Assembly: GCF_022045235.1 (NCBI RefSeq)
Contig: NW_027266274.1
Span: 15,128,001 to 15,192,000 of the forward strand
Reading direction: 5' to 3'
Length of the DNA stretch: 64,000 bases
From: Haliotis cracherodii
Lineage: Eukaryota
The notes beneath the pieces are model-generated. The model was given only the letters and a program-made list of their open reading frames with translations. It had not been told where the DNA came from and made no database searches. Below are positions 12,201 through 24,200 of the stretch, piece by piece (position 1 is the stretch's first letter; every line of letters starts with the position of its first letter). The translations under genes and the position numbers were made by a program.

Positions 12201-15200
12201 AATTACATTTGACCCATGAAGTTAGGTACGCCACCACATCCTGGATAACATCAAATGACCTGGTCAGTCTCGGGTCATCATAGCTGTAAAAGGTCATCAC
12301 CCCATTGTACATATGTTAGGGACAATAAATATGTGTTGTCCTTGCACAAGACTTGCTAAAGACAATTTTGGTTCCGAACTGTGATATTTTCAGTTCATCA
12401 ACACTTTTGGCTAATAATCTCTGGTTATTATGTTTGCACATTTAGATATATAAAAGGTGGGTCTTTAACATGTTTAACACAGTGATGTTGACAAAAGCAG
12501 TGGTTATGTTTGTTGACCCATTTCAGTTGCTGAAGTAAAAGTTTGTTTGCTTGTTGTTTATGCCCCCCTCAGCAATATTCCAGATATATGACTGCAGTCT
12601 GTAAATAACCAGTCAGACAATCTAGATCAGACTATCTCGTGATTGGCATCATGAGCAGCGATCTAAACTGTTATATATGATAACATGCATTTACCAGGTC
12701 ACCTAAGCTAAGCACCCGATCCAATTTGTTGCCTCTTACGACAAGTCATGGGTTGCTGAAGACCATTTTTGACCTGGATCTTCACAGGGGATGAAATAAA
12801 ATTAATAGCATATGATGAGGTGAACTACAGTACCATGGCACTGTGTGGTAGCATCTTTTCATGCCTAGACAATGATGCTGTGATGGATTTTCTGTTCAGA
12901 TACAAGTTGTACAAATATTAAACTTTTATACAGCCAAACATCACGAGACAGTTCAGAACTACATTGAAGGGAATACCAACACCGCCCCATCCTCACAGAC
13001 AGACAGGTGAGTCAGTCAGGCTCTCATTATCCTCAGTTGGGTGAGACTTGCCAAATTCAGTGATAAAATCATTTTACTTGCAATTTTGTAATTTCCATTT
13101 GTAAACTATTGCCCTTTTTCATTTTACATTTTCAAAAATTTTATTGAAAAGAAATCAAAGCCTAAGTGAGATGTGTTTGACACTGCTTTCAACGTTTTTT
13201 CATATCTTTGCATGGCAGAAATGGAAATTCCATTCTGTCGCGATTTAACATTCTGGTGAAACTGAAAATGATCATGAAAATGTTGTGACAGCTTACCATA
13301 AAGATACTCTGTTTTGTCAGCCGAAGGGTAATGTGTTTCCTGTTTTCCAGCTCCATCTTGAAGGGTCTGTATTACCTCCTGGGCGACTACTACTTCAAGA
13401 ATAAGGAAACACCGTAAGTAGACACTCAACATCAGTTCTCAACATGACAACCGTTTTGTTACAACTACATGCAGAAAGCTAATTAAGTGATTGTTAACTT
13501 AACCCCCTGGCTTTTCGCTTCTACTCAACCTTTCGAGGGGAATTTACAGTACGACATGTCGCCATCTTGATTCAGGAAGGCCTTTATGTTCTACATGTAT
13601 GACATGGCGCCACCTGTTTCAAGCAGGCCATCAAGTTCTCCAAGTGTGACATGTCACCATCTTGTTTCAGGAAGACGGTAAAGCTCAACATGTATGACAT
13701 GTCACCATCTTGTTTCAGGAAGACGGTAAAGCTCTTCATGTATGACATGTCACTATCTTGTTTCAGGAAGGCTATCAAGTTCTAAATGTATGACATGTCA
13801 CTATCTTGTTTCAGGAAGGCTATCAAGTTCTACATGTATGACATGTCACCATCTTGTTTCAGGAAGACGGTAAAGCTCTTCATGTATGACATGTCACCAT
13901 CTTGTTTCAGGAAGGCTATCAAAGTTCTACATGTATGACATGTCACCATCTTGTTTCAGGAAGGCTATCAAGTTCTACATGTATGACATGTCACTATCTT
14001 GTTTCAGGAAGGCTATCAAGTTCTACATGTATGGCATGTCGCCATCTTGTTTCAGGAAGGCTATCAAGTTCTACATGTATGACATGTCGCCATCTTGTTT
14101 CAGGAAGGCTATCAAGTTCTACATGTATGACATCTCACTATCTTGTTTCAGGAAGGCTATCAAGTTCTACATGTATGACATGTCACTATCTTGTTTCAGG
14201 AAGGCTATCAAGTTCTACATGTATGGCATGTCACTATCTTGTTTTAGGAAGGCTATCAAGTTCTACAAGTATGACATGTCACTATCTTGTTTCAGGAAGG
14301 CCATCAAGTTCTACAAGTATGACATGTCACCATCTTGTTTCAGGAAGACCATCAAGTTCTACAAGTATGACATGTCACCATCTTGTTTCAGGAAGACCAT
14401 CAAGTTCTACAAGTATGACATGTCACCATCTTGTTTCAGGAAGGCCATCAAGCTCTCCAAGTATGACATGTCACCATCTTGTTTCAGAAGGCCATCAAGC
14501 TCTCCAAGTATGACATGTCACCATCTTGTTTCAGAAGGCCATCAAGCTCTCCAAGTATGACATGTCACCATCTTGTTTCAGGAAGGCTATCAAGTTCTAC
14601 ATGTATGATCTCGGCAGCAACCCCACCAGACTAGACTCATGGGCAGGGTTGGCACTGGCGCGGATGAGCCAGCTGGAACAGAAGCTCAGCTCGGTAAGAG
14701 AAGATTTCTTGTCATAAATCCTTGAATGATAACTATTTTCACTGTAAACTTTAACCAGGATCAAGCCTTGTTTTGAATTTGGGTCACTTTACTTTTGGAG
14801 TGTCTCGCTGCATTCAATATCGATCGTGGTGATACAACTGGAATAGTATTCAAAGCGGCATTAAACCCAACTCACTCACTTACTCTCAATATCGATCACT
14901 GGATTGTTTAGTCCAGACCCGATTATCTAAAGGCTGCTGTAATATAGCTGAAATATTGCTGAGTGTGGCATTAAACTACAATTACAATTTTGGAGTCCTA
15001 AAATTGAAACACAAACTCATTATTGATGTGGTCATTACACTCTTCGTCAGAGGAATTAATTCTTTCAAAAATTCTTCACCGAGAATGTCAATTTTTACCC
15101 ACAAACAATGGAAATCCATTAAAAAACAAGGTTGAAAGGCAGGGTTTTACATTGACCTACAAAACCATGGGTCCAGAGGACCATGAGGACCCCCAGTTAC

Positions 15201-18200
15201 TAATTTCAAGGGTCCTTCCAGTAAATACGAGGTTCCTGTAAAGTAATGAAATGGTCTAGTGTACCGTACTGTAAGATTTAATAATTACTTTAATTACAGG
15301 AACTTTAAATTTTTGTCAAGGTTTTGGTACACCTGTACTCCACCTGTACTTGATGGCCCATGTAATCTAGCAACTCATTTCAGATGGAGCTGCGCATGGA
15401 CATCTCTATACACAAGAAGTCTATAGCAGCTCTGCGGTGTTTCCGCCGCGCGGTGGAGATTGACGAGACACAGAGGAACCTGTGGATAGAGTACGGCTCC
15501 CTGGCCTACCAGCTCCACTCACATGCTTCCAGGCAACTCAAGATGGTAGGTGATCCAGGCCCTCTTAGGGGATTTCTCTAAGATTTGTTTGTTTGTTGCT
15601 GCTACACTCAAGCAATGTGATATCCTGCATGTTGTCAAGTCTGGATCAGACAATCCAGTGATTGGCCACAATGTAATGTCCCATGCTGTCTGGTTCCGAT
15701 GTCACAAGAGTGACTTGTTCCCCCTGTAGGATGGTGGGGAATTCTGTCTTCTATCTCTGTATCCCCACAGAGAGACTGGTTCACCTGTAGGATGGCGGGG
15801 AATATGGATGACTCTGTCTTATATCTCTGTATCCCCACAGAGAGACTGGTTCACCTGTAGGATGGCGGGGAATATGGATGACTCTGACTTATATCTCTGT
15901 ATCCCCACAGAGAGACTGGTTCACCTGTAGGATGGCGGGGAATATGGATGACTCTGACTTATATCTCTGTATCCCCACAGAGAGACTGGTTCACCTGTAG
16001 GATGGCGGGGAATATGGATGACTCTGACTTATATCTCTGTATCCCCACAGAGAGACTGGTTCCCCCTCTAGGATGGCGGGGAATATGGATGACTCTGACT
16101 TATATCTCTGTATCCCCACAGAGAGACTGGTTCCCCCTGTACGAGGAGCTGCTGGGGATTGTGACGGACACAAAGCAGGAGATGCTGCAGATCGCCCAGA
16201 ACTGTTATTGGAAGGCCAGTGAGTGTGAAGCCGACGGCAGCGAGGAGGAGTGGCTGCACCACTACATGATAGGCAAGGTGAAGGAGAAGAAGAGGTGTCA
16301 CCCTAAAGAATACCTGGAACACTACAGACAGGTGAGTTGTACTTGGAGCACTACAACTATACTTGGAACCAAGTTAACTTGTTATGACATTTCAGTCACT
16401 GCAGATGATAATTTCCAGTGTTTTGTTTACTGTTCATACAGTGAATGTATTGGGTAGGTGTTACACATGTGTATCAGTGTATTCAGGGTATTAAAACATT
16501 CACTGGCACCTCTCCCTATTCCAGGCAGCAATCTACCTCCACGAAGATGAGGCCTTCTATCCCAAGAAGATCACATACGCCAACAGCCCACCCAAACTGG
16601 CTCTTGAAGCGCTCGAGGTAACAGATTCTCAACTCCCACATACTCCATGCTTGTATTAGTAGCCAACTGTGTTTACAGTGTGTGACCTGGCTGATAAGGT
16701 GTTATAGTTTCACAACAACATTCACAGATACTTGTGCTATCAATCATTTGTTGGCCACATCCATTGCACAGACATGTTGCCTCTTGAACTAGAGAAGTCA
16801 CGTTTCACATATAAATACTTCTACAAGTGGAGCAGACCCATGAAGATCTGGGGTAGTACAGGTCTTCAGCAACGCATGCTTGCTGTAAAAGGCGACTATG
16901 CTTGTCATTAGAGGCGACATGCGGAATCAGGTTTTCAGACTCGCTGACTTGGTTGATGCATGTCATCGTTTCCCAGTTGCGCAGATTGATGCTCATGATA
17001 TCAAAAACTGGATTATTAGTCCAAAGTTGATTTGTTTTTGTTAGGGTCTAATCATTCTTGTTTGATACTGTTTGCAGATGACAGCAATTAAAAAGTGTTG
17101 CTGCTGAAGTATGATATCAATATATGTCCATATGTTATATTTGCTCTCAGATATCTCTAATTACTGAAACAATAATAAGGGGTGTATGTTCCATTGATTA
17201 TCAACAGTAGATTTCAATATATTACATCCTAGCCACTCGTGAAGATCTGGGTTAGAATAGGACTTCAGCAACCCTTACTTGCCGTAGGAAGAGATTATGC
17301 TTGTCATAAGTCGCGATCGGGGTTGTCAGGCTCGCTGACTTGGTTGATGCATGGCATCATGTCCCAATTGCTTGGATCAGTGCTCATGATATCAATAACT
17401 GGATTGTCTGGTCCAGACTCGATTATTTACAGACCGCTGTCATTTAGCTGGAGTGCAGCTTTAACATTAAAATGACAAACTAACATATACTAGTGGAGCG
17501 TAGATGATGTTTTAAATAATGTCTTGAGGATAAAAGGTCGGCAGAGGACAGTTGATGTTAAGATGGTGTTTTCAGGTGTTCTACCTGTAGAACATTGCTG
17601 ATGTTAAAATGGATGTTTTCAGTTCTACCTACAGAGCATAAATTGTGTTATGATGATGTTACAGGATTCTACATAAAGAACATTGATGATGTTAAAATGC
17701 ATGTTTTCAGTTCTACCTACAGAGCATAAATTATGTTATGATGATGTTACAGTATTCTACCTAAAGAACATTGATGATGTTAAAATGGTTGTTTTCAGTT
17801 CTACCTACAGAGTATACATGATTTCAAGTGTTGTTCCTATAAAACAGATGGTGTTTTAGGTGTTCTGCCTATAAAGGGTAGATGATGTTTTAGCCTGATG
17901 CTGCTTATGTCATAGTCATAGAGCATAGACATGTTTACAGTTGTTCTACCTATAGAGCATAAGTAATATCAAGATGATGTTTCAGGTGTTCTACCTATAG
18001 AGCATACATAATGTTAAGATGATGTTTCAGATGTTCTACCTAAAGAGCATACGTAATGTCAAGATGATGTTTCAGGTGTTCTACCTATAGAGCATACGTA
18101 ATGTCAAGATGATGTTTCAGGTGTTCTACCTAAAGAGCATACATAATGTTAAGATGATGTTTCAGGTGTTTTACCTTAAGAGCATACATAATGTTAAGAT

Positions 18201-21200
18201 GATGTTTCAGGTGTTCTACCTATAGAGCATTTGTAATGTCAAGATGATGTTTCAGGTGTTCTACCTTAAGAGCATATATAATGTTAAGATGATGTTTCAG
18301 GAGTTCTACCTTAAGAGCATACGTAATGTCAAGATGATGTTTCAGGTGTTCTACCTATAGAGCATACGTAATGTCAAGATGATGTTTCAGGTGTTCTACC
18401 TGTGGAGCATACGTAATGTCAAGATGATGTTTCAGGTGTTCTACCTGTGGAGCATACGTAATGTTGAGATGATGTTTCAGGTGTTCTGCCTATGGAGCAT
18501 ACGTAATGTCAAGATGATGTTTCAGGTGTTCTACCTATAGAGCATACGTAATGTCAAGATGATGTTTCAGGTGTTCTGCCTATGGAGCATACGTAATGTC
18601 AAGATGATGTTTCAGGTGTTCTACCGCCTGCACGTGGCTATCCTGAAGCAGCTGCTGAAGAAGGATGGGATGGTGGACTACGAGCTGTTCCAGCACTACC
18701 TCACCGAGGCTGCCGAGAGTCCATTTGCAAAGGGCAAGGAGAAGAGGCATGAAAGGTGAGCTTTGTGCCAGTCTCACCGATTTGTCAGGTTCTGAAGATT
18801 GGAATTTTTGCAATGTTCCAGTCCCAGATTTCCCTGATTATGTTTCGGGTTTGTCAGCACCATACCCGTGCTTGTGACTTTAAACAAAGTGGTAAACGCC
18901 TGCATCACCTGGGGTTTCCCCCCAGATGTGATTATAGCTGAAATGTTGCTCACTTGGGTATATCATTCATTCCATCAGCGTTAATAACTCTGTGTAATGA
19001 TGTACATGTTTGATGCAGACGAGAGTCCCACTCTAACTCCATGGACGAAAGCTCCTCATCCAACCTCACCCCCCCAGCCTACAGCCAGCTGAAGGCCCGC
19101 CCTGTGTATCACATGACCCCCCAGGACCACACCTATTCCAAGCAGAAGAGCTCAGTGGACGGGTCGGACACGTCGTGTGATGTGGTCAAGGAAGTTCAGG
19201 GCAACGACAGCTCCCACTCCAAACCTGCAGCCGTGGCTGCTAAGGAGGGGCAGAAGTCGGAGGATAAATCTGGAAAATCGGAAAAAGAAGCTGAAAGCAA
19301 ACCTGAAGCCATGGAGGTGTCGAAAGATGGAGATTTGCTAAAGATCCAGAGACACGTGAGTACAGAATTTGTGCCCAAAGATGGGGATGTTACAGCAGGA
19401 GGTGCTGAACAGAAGTGTGTGGGTAAGGAATTGAAATCAATTCCTGAAGAAAAACGACAGAAAAGTGATTCACAGGACGTCAAAGCTGATAGTGCTAAGT
19501 CTGAAAGTGCTAAAGTGATGCCAGATGGGGATAAAGTGATGCCTGTTGATGATAAAGTGATGCCTGTTGATGATAAAGTGATATCTGGTGATGATAAAGT
19601 GATATCTGGTGATGATAAAGTGACATCTGGTGATGATAAAGTGACATCTGGTGATGATAAAGTGACAGCTGAGAAAGGCAAAGATGCTTCTGACCCAAGT
19701 GAAACAAAACAGAAAGACAAGGATGAGTTGAATGATAGTGTGTTGGTGTTAGATCCCGCCACTGGCCTGATGGTGCCTATGCTAGAGGATGACATGGAGG
19801 TTGATGACGTGATAGAATCTGTAGTCAGTGACAAGAGTAAAGCCAAGACTGTGGAGGATCCCGTGAAGGACCCCAAACCTGCTGCAAGTACTCCAGTCTT
19901 AGGTAAAGCCCCTCCTGTCCATGACATAGATGTTATTGAGATTAGTGATGATGAATCTTCAAATCCTGCTAAATCTACAGTATCCTTGTCCCTTAAGAAG
20001 CCATCTGACTCTTGTAAAGATTCTGAAACTAAAGTTGGACCTGAAGCCAAAAAAGAGCTTTTTGGAAAGGTTAAGGAGAATAGCACTAGTTCTAAAGACA
20101 CTCCGAAACGTGAAACCAAAAAGCCTGAGAAGTCTAAACCAGATGATGAATCACTTCATGATGAATCATCACGGTTGTCTGATAACTCGGATGAGTCGGA
20201 CTCATATCAGCAGGACTCCCTGGACACAGAGATCCTCCACACGGAGCTGATTGACAAGTGTGTAGACGCACTTCATCTGTGTGTTCAGCGCTTCCCCACT
20301 CACTACAAGTCTCTGTACAGACTGGCTCACGTATACATGACATCGCCATACCACAAGGTAAGACAGAAAACTTATGACATCATTATAACAGAACACCTGC
20401 ATGCAGATACGAGTAAGAATTGGTGTTCACGGTTGTGCTTGTCAAATAAAAACAGAATTGAGTGGTCATTCTTGCTGACTTGGTTGATGCATGTATTTGT
20501 ATCACAATGACGTAGATTGATGTTCATGATGTCAATCACTGGGTTATCTGGTCCACTTGATTATTTACAGACCATTGTTACATAGCTGTCATTGCTGAGT
20601 GCAGCGTTAAACAACAAACAGACAATATAACAGAACATTTATGTTTGCTTGTCGCTAATTAGTTATTAGTTTCTATAGTTGTACTCGAAAAGAATTCTGT
20701 CTGCAAAGAGTTTCATAACAATATATTTGGTTCTGAATTTCATTTGCCATGGTATCTGTTAGATAGTGTTTGCAAAGGTTTGAAAATATTTTGATTTAAT
20801 TGGTTTAATCTTGAAAAAGCAAAAGATTGATGCCTTTGATCTTTTCAAATTACCGTAAATACAGTGAAATCTTTAAAACTCACACACATTATATCGTTTC
20901 TTGACAGCACCCTTATTGATGACATTGTCAAAGATCAGCACTTTTGGACAACAGACCTTGATTTTATGAGGTTTTAAGTACTAAATGGAATGTGTTGAAC
21001 CATGTCTCTTTCTGCCACATTGAGACCATAGACAATGAGTTCTTCAGAGTTCTTGAGTCAGACGGTGATTTTAACATTTCGAGATTACCATGATTGCAAG
21101 TGTTGTGATGTTCTTCAGTAGGCAGTGTCAGGTACTGATTGTAGCAACTGTATGTTACAAAATATTAAGTTGTTGATAGGGCTGTGTATTGACCTAGATT

Positions 21201-24200
21201 TTGTATGCCAATATATTGCCATACTTTAACCTGTATTGCGATGCATATTGCAATATATTGCCAATTTACATTTTCATGAGTTAATCAGAGTTATACACTG
21301 TATTAATGTCAGATACAATCAAGCTCCTTCCAAGCGTGTGACACCTTCATTATGCTCTCAGTATAGAGAGCTCCGCAGACAGGCTATTGCTGTGAGGAGA
21401 TTGACATGTGTACACATTAATTGATAAAAAGATCGTCAGAGGTTAGTTGTATGAGAAAGATACTATTTTCCAGACAAGAGAGTATGAAATTTTGAAATGT
21501 GAAAATCTTTATCTTTATCTTTGATGTCCTATTTAGTCATCTTGTCAGCAGGGGGGATAGGGTTTTGAGGATGTTCATTCATCCTCTTTGCTATGTAATT
21601 GTAAGGGACTCCAAGAGGTAAGGTACTCACATTCTTCTTGAAACATGAAATATGTATCCATCATTGTTCCAGAACCTGGAGTATGCCAGGGACTTGTTGC
21701 TAGGCAACAACAACTGGCAGAACCTGTCTCACATGCCCGGGCCAGGTCTGTTTGCAGAGAGACGGACAGCTAACTTCTTCCAGGTACAGTCTTTCAGTAA
21801 TACCATGGTGTATCAACAAGTCAGAGGACAGCCCAAACTGAATAACGTTGCAGATTTTTCCTGTTGAAACACGTCATGGTACTACTAGATTAAAAAATCT
21901 TTATCAGCATGCATGTGTCATTCAAACCCAAGACCGGGTTGATTGTGGAAGCATTGCTTCACACAGCTGGGCACCCATGTAATATAGTGATGGATGTTTT
22001 GAAAGAAGAGGCCATTAAGTAACAACACAGAAGCAATAACATTATTTCAGGAAAGATTTCTGTCCATAACACCTGCATCCATTTTTTCCTCCATGCATGA
22101 CTTTTTGATACTTCTGGCCCTAACCCTAACCCTGCATACATGATTTTTTTATACTTCTAGACCTAACCCAAACCATCACCCTCACCCTAACCTAACCCTG
22201 CATGCAAGATTTTTTTATACTTCTGGCCCTAACCCTAACCCTGTATGCATGATTTTTTATACTTCTAGCCCTAACCCTAACCCTAACCCTGCATACAAGA
22301 TTTTTTTATACTTCTGGCCCTAACCCTTACCCAGCATACATGATTTTTTTTATTCTTCTAGACCTAACCCAAACCATCACCCTCACCCTAACCTAACCCT
22401 GCATACAAGATTTTTTTATACTTCTAGCCCTAACCCTAACCTTGTACGCATGATTTGTTTATACTTCTGGCCCTAACCCTAACCCTGATTTTTTATTCTT
22501 CTGGCCCTAACCCTAACCCCGCATACATGATTTTTTATACTTCTGGCCCTAACCCTTACCCAGCATACATGATTTTTTTTATACTTCTAGACCTAACCCA
22601 AACCATCACCCTCACCCTAACCTAACCCTGCATACAAGATTTTTTTATACTTCTAGCCCTAACCCTAACCTTGTACGCATGATTTATTTATACTTCTGGC
22701 CCTAACCCTAACCCTGATTTTTTATACTTCTAGCCCTAACCCTAACCCTGTATACATGATTTTTTTTTTACTTCTGGCTCTAACCCTAACCTTGTACGCA
22801 TGATTTGTTTATACTTCTGGCCCTAACCCTAACCCTGATTTTTTATACTTCTAGCCCTAACCCTAACCCTAACCCTGTATACATGATTTTTTATACTTCT
22901 GGCCCTAACCCTCACCCTAACCCTGTTTGCATGATTTTTTTATACTTCTAGCCCTAACCCTAACCCTAACCCTCACCCTACACACATGAACTTTATATAC
23001 TTCTAGCCCTAGCCCTAACCCAAACCTTCACCCTAACCCTAACCTAACCATACATACATGAACTTTTTATACTTCTAGCCCTAACCCTAACCCTAACCCT
23101 CACCCTACACACATGAACTTTTTATCCTTCTAGCCCTAGCCCTAACCCAAACCTTCACCCTAACCCTAACCTAACCCTACATACATGAACTTTTTATACT
23201 TCTAGACCTAACCCAAACCCTCGCCCTAATCCTCACCCTACATACTTGAACTTTTTATACTTCTAGTCCTAACCCTAACCCTACATACATGATTTGTTTA
23301 TGCTTCTGTGGGTTATGAGTTTTTAATTATTTCAAGGCAGGAGTTACTCCTGTAAGTTTTACCGTTATTACCTCCTGTTGCTTTATGACTGCCACTGATT
23401 AACACTGTATCTTGCTCTAGGGTATATGGAAGATCCCCATTGAAGAGATAGATAGATCAGGGAGCTTTGCATCTCACATCCACCGTAGTGTGCGTCTGTT
23501 GCTGGACATCCTCACGGAACAAAAGGACATCATGATGCTGTACCACATCCACATCCAGCTGAACCGATCTCTGGACACTGGCAAGTGAGTGGACAATGTT
23601 CTTTGTGTATTTTTTTTTTTTTTGCGGTAGAAATTAACTTAAGCTCTTGACAACCAGTATTCAAGTTTTCAATGGGATAAGGGAAAATGAATTTTCACAA
23701 ACTCTTGCTCACATTCAACTAGTTTTATTAAATAAGCGAGAAGAATTTCAGATTTTCAGTAGTTATGTCTTATAGGTATTATATGTTGACCAATGTGTGT
23801 ATCTGGTCAGCACTAAGAACTCCCATGAAAATCTGGGTAGGATTGGCCTTCAGCAAACCATGTTTATCATAAGAGGCGATTAACGGGATCAGTTTGTCAT
23901 ACTCGCTGACTTGGTTGATGCTTTAGTCATTGCCATGCATGTTTTAGGAAATATCTCCGAGATCAGGAGAGGAACTGCTTTGCCAAGTCGTCCTTCAAGG
24001 CAATCCAAGAGGCCGTCACAGAGGAACTGAAGCATTGGGACCGGAAGAAGCCCCGAGACAAGCAGCTGGACTACCTGATGACCGTGTACAGAGTGTGGCA
24101 CCACTCATCCCACAAGCTCAATGCTTTTGTGGATGGCTGTACAGACCTGTTTGTCAAGGTTTACAAACTTGTACAAAAGGATTATGTGAGTGTAGCAGGA

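Noticed and set aside
13886-14560. 224-aa and 203-aa repeat ORFs as separate genes
   Set aside because: Products of the 48-bp array, out of frame with the CABIN1 exon and lacking independent gene signals
13548-18625. CRISPR-like appearance of regularly spaced repeats
   Set aside because: Units are contiguous with no unique spacers, there are no cas genes, and the context is a eukaryotic intron
19196-20119. 307-aa antisense ORF
   Set aside because: Shadow of the sense exon's codon usage; no independent features
22085-23305. True telomere or chromosome-fusion scar
   Set aside because: CCCTAA occurs only in short blocks inside a larger unit, in one orientation, within an intact intron
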